DNA from: Methanocaldococcus indicus
GTDB taxonomy: Archaea > AGJL01 > Methanococci > Methanococcales > Methanocaldococcaceae
Length of the DNA stretch: 64,000 bases
Assembly: GCF_049554935.1 (NCBI RefSeq)
Contig: NZ_CP186926.1
Span: 1,248,001 to 1,312,000 of the forward strand
Direction of reading: 5' to 3'
The stretch's first letter is position 1, and each line of letters opens with the position of its first letter. The notes below the pieces were generated by a model, which searched no databases, was not told the origin of the DNA, and was given only the letters and a program-made list of their open reading frames with translations. This document shows positions 22,801-30,486 of this stretch, one piece after another. The position numbers were made by a program, and so were the translations under genes.

Positions 22801-24372
22801 AACAAGAGATATTCCCCAATCATTATTCGTTGCGATTATGTTAGCTATTGTGTTATTATTAGAAAACTCTTCAATGTAAAGTCCACTATAACAATTTGAA
22901 GTATTTATATTAGTTATTGTGCTATCAGAAGTCCCTGCAAGTTGTATTCCAAAACAAAATTCTTTAATATTAAAATTCTTTATTGTAATGTTTTTATGAT
23001 TATGTGAGTAAATCCCTACACCTGAACTGCTCCCAGACCCATCTAAAACCATTCCATTTCCATCTAATACAACATTATCCGCATCTATTGTTATTGCTGT
23101 CCCTATTAAATCATTACATAAAGTATTTAAGATATAATAACCGCTTTCATTTATTGTGTATGGTAGTGTGTTGATGTATTTTACTGTTTTATTTTCTTCT
23201 TCTGTTGTATTTGCAATTCCATTTATTATGTAGTTTTCAACTGGCTTAATTAATGGATAATCATCAATGTTGTTGTATAGAGTATCTCCAATTCCATCTC
23301 CATCATTATCTGTTCCATTATAGTCAGAGTAGTAGTTTCCTAAGTAGTTTGTGTATGTTTTTCCGTTGTATGTGTAGTTTATTGGTGTTGGTGAGTGGAA
23401 TATATTGTTTTCGGAATCAACAATATAGATATTATTTGTGTTGTTTATTAAGTTGTTTAGGTAGATTGTATTGTTGTTAGATGAAATTTCAAGACAAATT
23501 CCATCCTCATTATTATATGAAGCATTTACATTTATTATTGTGTTATTAGTTGAACTACCAAGGGAGATTCCAAAATTATTATTTAAAGCATTTACATTTG
23601 CTATTGTGTTGTTGGTTGAACTCCAAAGAGAGATTCCCTCACAATCATTATAAGCATTTACATTTGTTATTATACTATTTGATACATTGGAAAACTCTAC
23701 TCCAACGGATGTATTGTACAATTCAATATCTTTTACAGTTATATTATTACAGTTTATTGCTATAACTTGTCCCGGATTATATGAACTATCTATTACAACA
23801 TTTTCTTTATTTTCTAAATAAACCAATGGTTTTCCATTTACAGTATTGTTTTCTACTATGTTATTATATGCACAAATATCTAATCCGCAGTTTTCAAATG
23901 TGTTGTTTTCTACTATGTTATTGTATGAACCACAAATATCTAATCCGCAGTTTTCAAATATGTTGTTTATTATTGTGTTGTTATTAGAAAAATCTTCAAT
24001 GTAAATACCATCACCACAATTTGAAGTATTTATATTGGTTATTGTGATATCAGAAGTCCCTGCAAGTTGTATTCCAAAACCAAATTCTTGAATTATTAAA
24101 TTCTTTATTATAATGTTTTTGTGTTTATATATATAGATTCCATCCCATGAACCGTCTCCATCCAAAACCTTTCCATTACCATCCAATACAACATTATCTG
24201 CATCTATTGTTATTGCTGTTGTTGTTAGATTTTCACATGAAGTATTCAATATATAATATCCGCTTTCATTTATTGTGTATGGTAGTTGATTTATATAAGT
24301 TTCTCCACATACACTTCCTAATCCAATACTTAAAGCCAATATTGTTAGCAATACCGAAAGATACTTCTTCAT
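16810..24372 (-). CDS. Giant secreted surface protein: 3 NosD/CASH beta-helix modules, PQQ-like propeller, CARDB, Thr-rich linker, S-layer-like C-terminal domain
   Basis: Signal peptide; three YINxLPYTINESGYY module starts with GI-x-L-xx-S-xNN repeats; RPDLAI...ENESNN (CARDB); C-terminal ILIGGPVANP...LAGSDRWGT. Confidence 0.88.
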   Translation of the reverse strand: MKKYLSVLLTILALSIGLGSVCGETYINQLPYTINESGYYILNTSCENLTTTAITIDADNVVLDGNGKVLDGDGSWDGIYIYKHKNIIIKNLIIQEFGFGIQLAGTSDITITNINTSNCGDGIYIEDFSNNNTIINNIFENCGLDICGSYNNIVENNTFENCGLDICAYNNIVENNTVNGKPLVYLENKENVVIDSSYNPGQVIAINCNNITVKDIELYNTSVGVEFSNVSNSIITNVNAYNDCEGISLWSSTNNTIANVNALNNNFGISLGSSTNNTIINVNASYNNEDGICLEISSNNNTIYLNNLINNTNNIYIVDSENNIFHSPTPINYTYNGKTYTNYLGNYYSDYNGTDNDGDGIGDTLYNNIDDYPLIKPVENYIINGIANTTEEENKTVKYINTLPYTINESGYYILNTLCNDLIGTAITIDADNVVLDGNGMVLDGSGSSSGVGIYSHNHKNITIKNFNIKEFCFGIQLAGTSDSTITNINTSNCYSGLYIEEFSNNNTIANIIATNNDWGISLVISYNNTIENVTSSNNYGWAGISLWQSSYNKIINANVSDNSQNGIGLDNSHNNIITNVVTSNNKGDSGIDLWQSSNNTVFYANVLNNKYGIYLDNNSNKNIIYLSNIINNSDGNICIRDSQNNIFHSPTPINYTYNGKTYTNYLGNYYSDYNGTDNDGDGIGDTPYNNIDDYPLIKPVENYIINGIANTTENVSNQQSNLYKIYSNDKYAVYSDLKNTSYFVDELANTTLWSYKTGYVYSAKIYSKYVVIGSSNMLYVFNVNGSLLWNYSMEYPVTTVDVNDRFVVAGSATRLYVFTIDGKLIWSKDVNENNTSTNTNNETNNTLLTKPHISAISIDNIDNTTSIIYVNGGYISITIIENNSIKEKDYTFNDTIFKILSYIPNQTKNESIENKTKIQGYFIAAGEKNIYLFDLNGNLIYTFPSDVNDVFTAIAIYKDYLLSGTFKGYVYVHSLLYGTLFKKYYIGITVVNISGYSDNCGDWILVNCSDNSTYKLLINVTNVSILRPDLAINLNKKLIPNVLLYNHSLEFNFTVENKNANLSEYLLPTYVAIFENDKLLSKIEINDTNFPKTFYYNYTPKKIGEVTIKLIVDYGNYVIEENESNNVVSFNIFVAKGIKYINKLPYTINESGYYYILNTSCTDLNKTAITIDADNVILDGNEKVLDGNYRDFSYGVYVKNHKNVTIKNLTVKEFDRGIYLEYSTNNTITNVNVSDNIYGIYLSDSSNNIIEYTYIFDNSDGIHLYKSSNNIITNVNTLNNNNGIYIYCSSNNTIKYVNSLDNNRGGVLIEDSNNISILRNHISGHVGFSIKDSKNISIYLNDINYDTNEIDDISSVILHTPEIVEYELNTPWEKEHSYGYLGNYWDSNNPDYEDKLCKADKYKLRTYNKYYIILKTLPLEEALAKNYDTFKEISNWFKNEKDNMEYSQDVLNLLSDTASVYDRLKEYTYPNILDFNVLLLKSMDFILLGTKETIENTGEFKLTDENIYNLTIFLDSIPNNINISWKDIEIKRVSNDYYKVYDKNNNIWFDIKKEKDNYSIITNFTKSIYNGEYYTNYSYSPKITILIPEVVILSSSENKYYKMITSSSSDYYTKINGKQLHYSGKSGELEITPLFFNLKLGGKLDLGFASVNGNLIDITVLPIESRLKSGMSVELEAEKAIVKDLIKLSGSAEEFVGVEGNFNDPVQIIVLTCSTSLYTIYESIPIKLPFVGNIAKAAQVKVISLIPPEHRKDTYLMTDFDTSVGVSLNLSSCLNDIINIPGLGASGSIGSDFVIKQNVYPKLDPNYNFVVSHDVSINGDITDEMEYEKKLADIFSKTMNFSKTMNFIIDEIVSRLSVNAKLTSGSSATYTFIGYEISDPVNTTMPYAFNVTYLGDINYNYTKLGLKYVIFSNVTDNFSLMPVLSANNTIVAAQKYNITLNKGENIVTLNITGQYISFYNYTGNYTVGLIILKGEAPVYYNFTLGYTKSYDSEKFREVSVNVTIIPKCVDEDSNGLYDYINVTIICYPDNVTIEPMLFGKYYGSVIYYNPINISNNTGNLIIRGYYIKKLGGNFSLNLYVIKNNTLLSTVSKDIYIDPSKFESVLPTIISYRSYLENDTPTIEFKVKNVKDVPLNLSLLYIDLDYKVGIYSDKTRGTVTNVSDEYVTMTVHIPKSLFILSDCNTTEFSVALKYNGTTLDYLKDKDANFSIIPGIDIENVSIRYLKDYNYLQCNFSYTTIKPGNLTFIITFDSGNISIKKYVANNNSSLISTGIFVDYDLKKQLYENNLTVGIYGYINDVFEGYKIMSINITNYFTNTTTNVTTTNETTTPTPTYHITNTTTNVTTTNETTTPTPTYHISHSHPVSLRYTDVAKDIESFNIKKIVHNAKIIVGSEIDKDLSAKSLKDTCELINKPLEIKDDSILIGGPVANPLTKKYMDKFPVKISNEYPGKNKGVIEAIKLKVKVDENIYRDATVILLAGSDRWGTKAAVEYFKTLDDIPDKPIFVEWKNGKAVKIEKP
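17296..17427. repeat. Perfect 2 x 66-bp tandem repeat (TNTTTNVTTTNETTTPTPTYHI)
   Basis: 17296-17361 equals 17362-17427. Confidence 0.9.
18829..18867. repeat. 2 x 18-bp tandem repeat (FSKTMN)
   Basis: AAAGTTCATTGTCTTACT twice. Confidence 0.9.
22231..23403. repeat. 204-bp direct repeat pair (22231-22434 and 23200-23403), one mismatch
   Basis: Both encode IFHSPTPINYTYNGK...DT(L/P)YNNIDDYPLIKPVENYIINGIANTTE. Confidence 0.9.
23846..23959. repeat. Imperfect ~57-bp tandem repeat (FENCGLDIC..YNNIVENN)
   Basis: Two adjacent near-identical copies differing by a 3-nt indel. Confidence 0.85.
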
Positions 24373-24483
24373 TACTTATCACCATTATCACTTTACAATT
24401 TTAAAGTAAAATATTAAAAAATAACAATAAATTCTTTTTATGAAGTCCTATATATAAATTACTATTCAACTCAAATAATGCAT

Positions 24484-24537
24484 ATTTAAATATTTATATA
24501 TAATTATTAAATTTAAATATTTATATATAATTATTAA
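24484..24537. repeat. Perfect 2 x 27-bp tandem repeat containing TATA-like TTTATATA
   Basis: ATTTAAATATTTATATATAATTATTAA at 24484-24510 and 24511-24537. Confidence 0.85.
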
Positions 24538-24594
24538 AATGCTATTAAAAACTAATATAAAACAGAAGTTTTTAATCATATTTAAGGGAGATAT

Positions 24595-25215
24595 ATGGAA
24601 ATAATAAAGATTTATGAACTAAATGATGATAAAAGAAAAGAAGTTATTAATAACATAAAAAAAGAAATTTTAAGAGGAAAAATTATTATTTGTGGGACAG
24701 ATACAGTATATGGAATATCTGCTAATGCCTTAGATGAGAATGCTGTTAAAAGGGTATATGAGATTAAAAAAAGAGATTTCAATAAACCTATGTCTATCTG
24801 TTTAAGAGATATAAATGAAATTGAAAAATATGCACACATAAATGACTTAGCTAAAAAATTGTTTTCCTTACTTCCAGGACCTTTAACAATTGTATTAAAG
24901 AAAAAACCTATAATTCCTGATATAGTTGCTAAGGAATATATTGGAATTAGAGTTCCTGATGAAAATATTATGAGAGAGTTATGTGTAGTTCCTCTTACAA
25001 CTACATCAGCAAATATCTCTGGAAATGAACCAGCTTATAAGGTTGAAGATATAGATAATGAGGTTTTAGAGAAAGTTGATTATATAATAGATATAGGAGA
25101 GTGTAAATACAAAAAACCATCAACAGTAGTAAGGGTTTTAGATAATAATATAGAGTTATTAAGAGAGGGAGCTATTCCATTTAATAAAATTTTAAAGATA
25201 ATAAAACAAGGATGA
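24595..25215 (+). CDS. sua5: Threonylcarbamoyl-AMP synthase (Sua5/TsaC)
   Basis: TDTVYGI, KKRDFNKP, PGPLTIVL, TTSANISG. Confidence 0.93.
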   Translation: MEIIKIYELNDDKRKEVINNIKKEILRGKIIICGTDTVYGISANALDENAVKRVYEIKKRDFNKPMSICLRDINEIEKYAHINDLAKKLFSLLPGPLTIVLKKKPIIPDIVAKEYIGIRVPDENIMRELCVVPLTTTSANISGNEPAYKVEDIDNEVLEKVDYIIDIGECKYKKPSTVVRVLDNNIELLREGAIPFNKILKIIKQG

Positions 25216-26825
25216 TTATGAAAGAGAAAGTTATTAGATGCATTATAGAAAAAATTTTAAAAGAAGTTAAAGAAGGGAAGAAAGTAGATAAAAAGAGAAT
25301 AGAACAAATAAAATCAGAATGTTTAAGAAAATATAGAATTGGGATAGGACATCCATCAGCATCTGAAATTTTAGAGTATGCAACAGAAGAAGAAAAAAAA
25401 ATATTAATTCCTATTTTAAGAAAAAAGCCTGTTAGAACATTATCAGGAGTTGCTGTTGTTGCTGTAATGACTTCTCCTGAGAAGTGTCCTCATGGAAAAT
25501 GTATTTTCTGCCCAGGAGGAAAAAATAGTGTATTTGGAGATGTGCCTCAAAGTTATACTGGAAGAGAGCCAGCTACTATGAGAGGTCTAATGTTTAATTT
25601 TAATCCTTATGAACAAACTAAAGCAAGAATAGAACAGTTAGAAAAAATAGGACATCCAACTGATAAAGTAGAGTTAATTATTATGGGAGGAACCTTCCCA
25701 GCAAGAGATATAGAATATCAAGATTGGTTTATAAAAGGATGTTTAGATGCATTAAATGAAAAAATAAGTAGAGATTTAGAAGAAGCTAAAAAATTAAATG
25801 AGAGAGCTAAACATAGATGTGTTGCTTTATGTATAGAAACAAGGCCAGATATTTGTGGAGAGAAAGAGATTAATCAAATGCTAAAATTGGGAACAACAAG
25901 AGTAGAGTTAGGAGTTCAAACTATCTACAATGAGATTTTAGAGTTTTGTAAGAGAGGGCACACTGTTGAAGACACTATAAGAGCTACTCAACTTTTAAAA
26001 GATTCTGGGTTAAAGGTATCTTATCATTTAATGCCAGGCCTTCCAGGAAGTGATATTGACAAAGATAAAGAGATGTTTAAAGAAATCTTTACAAATCCTG
26101 ACTTTATGCCTGATATGGTAAAGATATATCCTTGTTTAGTTATAGAAGGAACTGAACTTTATGAACTTTATAAAAAAGGATTATTTAAACCATATAGAGA
26201 AGAGGAAGCAATAGAAGTTATAGCTTATGCAAAATCTATAATGCCTAAATGGGTTAGAACTTCAAGGATACAGAGAGATATCCCTGCAACAGTTATAGTT
26301 GATGGTGTTAAAAAAAGTAATTTAGGAGAGTTAGTTTATAAATATTTAGAAAAGAAAGGTATAAAATGTAGATGTATAAGATGTAGGGAAGTAGGTCATG
26401 TAATGTATAAGAAAGGAATTACTCCTGAAATAGAAAATATAAAATTATGTAGAGAGGATTATGAAGCATCTGGAGGAGTTGAAATATTCTTATCTTATGA
26501 AGATGTTAAAAATGATATTCTAATAGGATTTTTAAGGTTAAGAGTTCCATATAAACCATTTAGAAAAGAGATTGATGATAGAACTTTATTAGTTAGACAA
26601 CTACATGTCTTTGGGCAAGAAAAGCCACTAACAAAAGATATAAAAGAGATAACTTGGCAACATAAAGGATATGGTAGAAAGTTGTTAGAAGAAGCTGAGA
26701 GGATAGCTAAGGAAGAGTTTGATGCTAAAAAACTATTAATAACAAGTGGTATTGGAGTAAGAGAATATTATAGAAAATTAGGTTATGAATTAGAAGGAGC
26801 GTATATGAAAAAAGAACTTCAATAG
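25212..26825 (+). CDS. elp3: tRNA uridine(34) acetyltransferase Elp3 (radical SAM + GNAT)
   Basis: RKKPVRTLSGVAVVAVM, CPHGKCIFCPGG, QSYTGREP, WQHKGYG. Confidence 0.96.
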   Translation: MIMKEKVIRCIIEKILKEVKEGKKVDKKRIEQIKSECLRKYRIGIGHPSASEILEYATEEEKKILIPILRKKPVRTLSGVAVVAVMTSPEKCPHGKCIFCPGGKNSVFGDVPQSYTGREPATMRGLMFNFNPYEQTKARIEQLEKIGHPTDKVELIIMGGTFPARDIEYQDWFIKGCLDALNEKISRDLEEAKKLNERAKHRCVALCIETRPDICGEKEINQMLKLGTTRVELGVQTIYNEILEFCKRGHTVEDTIRATQLLKDSGLKVSYHLMPGLPGSDIDKDKEMFKEIFTNPDFMPDMVKIYPCLVIEGTELYELYKKGLFKPYREEEAIEVIAYAKSIMPKWVRTSRIQRDIPATVIVDGVKKSNLGELVYKYLEKKGIKCRCIRCREVGHVMYKKGITPEIENIKLCREDYEASGGVEIFLSYEDVKNDILIGFLRLRVPYKPFRKEIDDRTLLVRQLHVFGQEKPLTKDIKEITWQHKGYGRKLLEEAERIAKEEFDAKKLLITSGIGVREYYRKLGYELEGAYMKKELQ

Positions 26826-27334
26826 TATAGTACAACTCTTGACACAGATATATTTTTAGAGAGATAAACTGGCATGTGTATTGTGTAGTTAGAGTACTCA
26901 TTGAGTGCTTCATCAAAATCTAAATATCTATTTTTTGATATTTTTATTGTTGAGTAGTTTCCATAAATTACATACCATCCTTCACTTCTATTCAACACTA
27001 AAACAGCTACAACATACCTATCTCCATTATTTACATAAGATTTATTTATTAGCATATGCCCATCTATCTTAACCATATATCTATCTAAGTTTATTTTTTC
27101 CTCTAATAAATGTTTTGAAGTATTAACTTCTCCAAAATAATAGAGAAGGACAGCATTTTCCAATGTTCCATCATCTGCTAAAGTTTTTAAAGTTTCTATG
27201 GCTTTTGATAGCTTATAATCTTCTTTAACAGAATACACATAGTTGTTATTATATTCTGATAAATTTATACTCCAATATGTAAATCCAATTAGTAGTATTA
27301 TAGTTCCTAAAAATATGTCTATACTGTTTATCAT
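26819..27334 (-). CDS. Membrane-anchored hypothetical protein, pilin-like N-terminus
   Basis: N-terminal SIDIFLGTIILLIG hydrophobic helix; coupled to upstream gene. Confidence 0.65.
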   Translation of the reverse strand: MINSIDIFLGTIILLIGFTYWSINLSEYNNNYVYSVKEDYKLSKAIETLKTLADDGTLENAVLLYYFGEVNTSKHLLEEKINLDRYMVKIDGHMLINKSYVNNGDRYVVAVLVLNRSEGWYVIYGNYSTIKISKNRYLDFDEALNEYSNYTIHMPVYLSKNISVSRVVLYY

Positions 27335-28146
27335 TGTCCCACAATAATAGTTACATTTCTTGGAGAGAGAGTTACAAAGTAAAATGTTGTTGATTCATTA
27401 GTATTTATTTCAAACTCTATAGGATAAGGACTTTTTAAAATTTCTATTTTATTTACCCCATTTTTTAAACTTGGAGTAATATCTATTTTTCTAAATTCTG
27501 TTGTTAGGTTTTTTGAATATAATTCCCCATTAACTTTAAATATGGCTGTTTCATTATTCAAAGCTTTTGCATATGTTGAAACAGCTTTTTTATCTAAATT
27601 AAAGTATATCCTATCTCCTTCACATCCATAAAGTTTTAAACTATTGTTATTTACAATCTTTTCTGTAATTTTTGGAATATACAACATTTCATTAAAGTAA
27701 ATCTTATCTCCTGATATTATATTTTTAGGAGGATTATATAATACATATACATTTGAATATATAGTGAAATTATTAGGGACAGTAATGTTAGATAAATTTA
27801 AATTTGGATTAATATTAAACATAGAATCATAACTATTTGGGTGAATTATAAACATAATATTTTTATCTGTAAAGTTGTTTATTGGGTCAAAAGTTCTCTC
27901 AGATATTGGTAAAGTTCTTGCAAAGGTTAAATAATCTTCTTCATATTCTCCTGGGAATGAGTATTTTTTAATAAAGTAGTCTTTTATTAACTCAGCTTTA
28001 TGAAATTTTTCTATATCCTTTTTTGTTTCTAAGGATGATAACAAATTATAATTTGAGAAATGATATACTATAAAAAATATCATTATTACCATAGATGCTG
28101 CTATAACTGCCTCCATAGTAAAAACATAACCTCTTTTAGATAACAT
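27331..28146 (-). CDS. Class III signal peptide-like secreted protein
   Basis: MLSKRG|YVFTMEAVIAASMVIMIFF resembles a prepilin cleavage motif. Confidence 0.65.
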   Translation of the reverse strand: MLSKRGYVFTMEAVIAASMVIMIFFIVYHFSNYNLLSSLETKKDIEKFHKAELIKDYFIKKYSFPGEYEEDYLTFARTLPISERTFDPINNFTDKNIMFIIHPNSYDSMFNINPNLNLSNITVPNNFTIYSNVYVLYNPPKNIISGDKIYFNEMLYIPKITEKIVNNNSLKLYGCEGDRIYFNLDKKAVSTYAKALNNETAIFKVNGELYSKNLTTEFRKIDITPSLKNGVNKIEILKSPYPIEFEINTNESTTFYFVTLSPRNVTIIVGQ

Positions 28147-28183
28147 AAATTATCACTTAATTTACAGATTTAAATAAAAATGG

Positions 28184-28198
28184 CGAAAAGTTTATATA
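28184..28198 (+). promoter_or_regulatory. BRE + TATA box of tRNA-Met
   Basis: CGAAAAG TTTATATA about 28 nt upstream of the tRNA. Confidence 0.75.
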
Positions 28199-28225
28199 TC
28201 ATTTCTACTTTTTAATTTTAATCGT

Positions 28226-28335
28226 GCCGAGGTGGCTTAGCTGGTTATAGCGCCCGGCTCATACGGATTTCCAGCGCTAAGCTGGGCTCCTGGGAAACCG
28301 GGAGGTCGGGGGTTCGAATCCCCCCCTCGGCACCA
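28226..28335 (+). tRNA. tRNA-Met(CAT), elongator type, with 33-nt intron (28264-28296) at 37/38; CCA encoded
   Basis: GCCGAGG/CCTCGGC acceptor stem, CCCGG/CCGGG anticodon stem, GGTTCGAATCC T-arm, canonical bulge-helix-bulge (CUCA/UGGG helix, UAC and AAA bulges). Confidence 0.95.
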
Positions 28336-28398
28336 TTTAGTAATATTTTATTTTTTTATTATTTTTTTCATTTTTATTTTTTGGTTATTATAATTCTT

Positions 28399-29166
28399 TT
28401 ATTCTTTTTCAAACTTAGATATTTCAAAAAGATTTATAGCACTTGTTGGACAAACTTCTGTACATTTTCCACAATATATACATTTATCTTTTAATATTTT
28501 TATCTTATTATCTAAATCTTGTTCTATTGCATTAACTGGACAAACTTCCATACATACAAAACAACCAACACATAAACTTTTATCAACTTCAATATCTTTA
28601 GTTTTTATTATCTCTCCTAAGTATCTCTCAACTTTAATTACTTTTCTTGGACATACTTCTTGACAAGCTCCACAGCCAATACACAAATCTAAATTAATAT
28701 TAAAACTCTTTCTTCTTTCAACTTTTATAGCTTTTGTAGGACAAAATCTTTCACATATTCCACATTTTACACATTTATCTAAATCAATATAATAGTTTTT
28801 TAATCTTACTACTCTATGTGGCACTTTCTTTTCATCAATTGTATATATTACTTTATCATTTTCAATCTTTCCTTCTCCTTCTATAACATAAATAGCATTT
28901 ACTGGACAACTTTGAGCACAAATTTCACATTTAACACAGTTTTCTTTTATTTTAGCAGGATTTTTAATTTTTGCTTTTTCTATTGCATTTATTGGGCAAG
29001 AGTAATAGCATAAATTACATCTAACACATTTGGATTCATTTATATATATTTCTTTATATTTTATTGGAGTTAGTTTATGAGCTATTTGAGATAGATATTC
29101 ATAGCTATAATTAAAATCTTCAAAATTTTCTAAAAATTCTTTTAAACTTTTTTCAATTCTAATCAA
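28399..29166 (-). CDS. Polyferredoxin (6 x 4Fe-4S motifs)
   Basis: Six CxxCxxCxxxCP motifs; TTG at 29166 follows GGAGGG. Confidence 0.88.
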   Translation of the reverse strand: MIRIEKSLKEFLENFEDFNYSYEYLSQIAHKLTPIKYKEIYINESKCVRCNLCYYSCPINAIEKAKIKNPAKIKENCVKCEICAQSCPVNAIYVIEGEGKIENDKVIYTIDEKKVPHRVVRLKNYYIDLDKCVKCGICERFCPTKAIKVERRKSFNINLDLCIGCGACQEVCPRKVIKVERYLGEIIKTKDIEVDKSLCVGCFVCMEVCPVNAIEQDLDNKIKILKDKCIYCGKCTEVCPTSAINLFEISKFEKE

Positions 29167-29286
29167 AATAATCCCTCCCAAGTATTAGATATTTTAAATT
29201 AGATATTTTAAAGTTGATATTATTATGTTATTTTATTGTATAATTATCATTATATTGTTTAATAAATTTTTATGTGGTGATATAAC

Positions 29287-30486
29287 TTGAAGGTTGGTAT
29301 TGTTGGATGTGGATTAGGAGGACTTTTAATAGGAGGTTTATTAGCAAAAGATGGTTTTTCAGTTAAAATCTATGAGCAACTTCCATTTATTGGAGGGAGA
29401 TTTACACATTTTGACTATGATGGATTTAAATTAACAACTGGAGCTTTACATATGATACCTCATGGAAGTAGAGGATACTTAGCAAATATTTTAAAAAAAG
29501 TTGGTGCAAATGTTAACATAGTTGATTCTAATCCAGATGGCACATTCTTAATAAATGGAAAGGAATATTTATATAATGAGTTATTCTCAATTCTAAATGC
29601 AAAAGATAAACTTAAAGCTATCAACTTAGCAACTAAATTAAAATTAAAGAATGTAAATAAAAATATATCTTTTGGAGAGTTTTTAGAAGATATAGATTTA
29701 GCTCTAAAAATTGGTAGGGCATTTACTGGATGGAGTTTATCTTTATCTCCTTATGATGTTCCTTTAAGTGAAATACTTAATATTATGGATAACTATCATA
29801 AGTTTGGAGGTCCAGGAATCCCAATAGGAGGCTGTAAGAAGGTTATTGATGAATTAGAAAGAATAATTTTAAACAGTGGAGGAGAGATAGTTAAAGAGTA
29901 TGAAGTTAAAAGTATTGAAATAGAGGAAGATAAAGGATATATAGATGATGAGGAGTTTGATATTGTTATAAGTAATATATCACCTCAAAAAACACAAGAA
30001 ATTTGTAATATTAAATTTTTGAATAAAGATGTTGAGCCTGCTGGAGGAATTAAAATAAATATTGCCACAAAAAAAGGAATTATTAAACATGGAGGTGTTC
30101 TATTTACTCCTGAATGTGAAAGAGTTAATGGACTAAATCAAGTCACAAATGTAGATAAATCCTTAGCTCCAGAAGGTTGGCATTTAGTAATGACACATCA
30201 AGCTCTACTTTCAAAAAATATCAAAAAAGAGATTGATTTAGGTTTAGAAGATATAGAAAGATTATTCAAAGATATTGACTATAAAATTTTACTAATACAA
30301 AGTTATTTTGATGGATGGCCAGTAAATTATGTTAAAAGTGGAATATCAATAAATAATATTATCAGTGACAGATTTTATTTAGTTGGAGATGGAGCTAAAC
30401 CTTCTGGAGGAATTGAAGTTGAAGGAATAGCAATGGGAGTGCTAAAAGTTTATAACCATATTGTGAAAAAATATGGCAAAAATTGA
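29287..30486 (+). CDS. FAD-dependent oxidoreductase, phytoene dehydrogenase-like
   Basis: GIVGCGLGG Rossmann motif, IGGRF, TTGALHMIPHG, YLVGDG. Confidence 0.85.
   Translation: MKVGIVGCGLGGLLIGGLLAKDGFSVKIYEQLPFIGGRFTHFDYDGFKLTTGALHMIPHGSRGYLANILKKVGANVNIVDSNPDGTFLINGKEYLYNELFSILNAKDKLKAINLATKLKLKNVNKNISFGEFLEDIDLALKIGRAFTGWSLSLSPYDVPLSEILNIMDNYHKFGGPGIPIGGCKKVIDELERIILNSGGEIVKEYEVKSIEIEEDKGYIDDEEFDIVISNISPQKTQEICNIKFLNKDVEPAGGIKINIATKKGIIKHGGVLFTPECERVNGLNQVTNVDKSLAPEGWHLVMTHQALLSKNIKKEIDLGLEDIERLFKDIDYKILLIQSYFDGWPVNYVKSGISINNIISDRFYLVGDGAKPSGGIEVEGIAMGVLKVYNHIVKKYGKN

Noticed and set aside
17296-23959. Repeats as CRISPR array or DGR template/variable pair
   Set aside because: In-frame coding repeats without spacers; the 204-bp pair has a single mismatch, no adenine-specific pattern, and no reverse transcriptase is present
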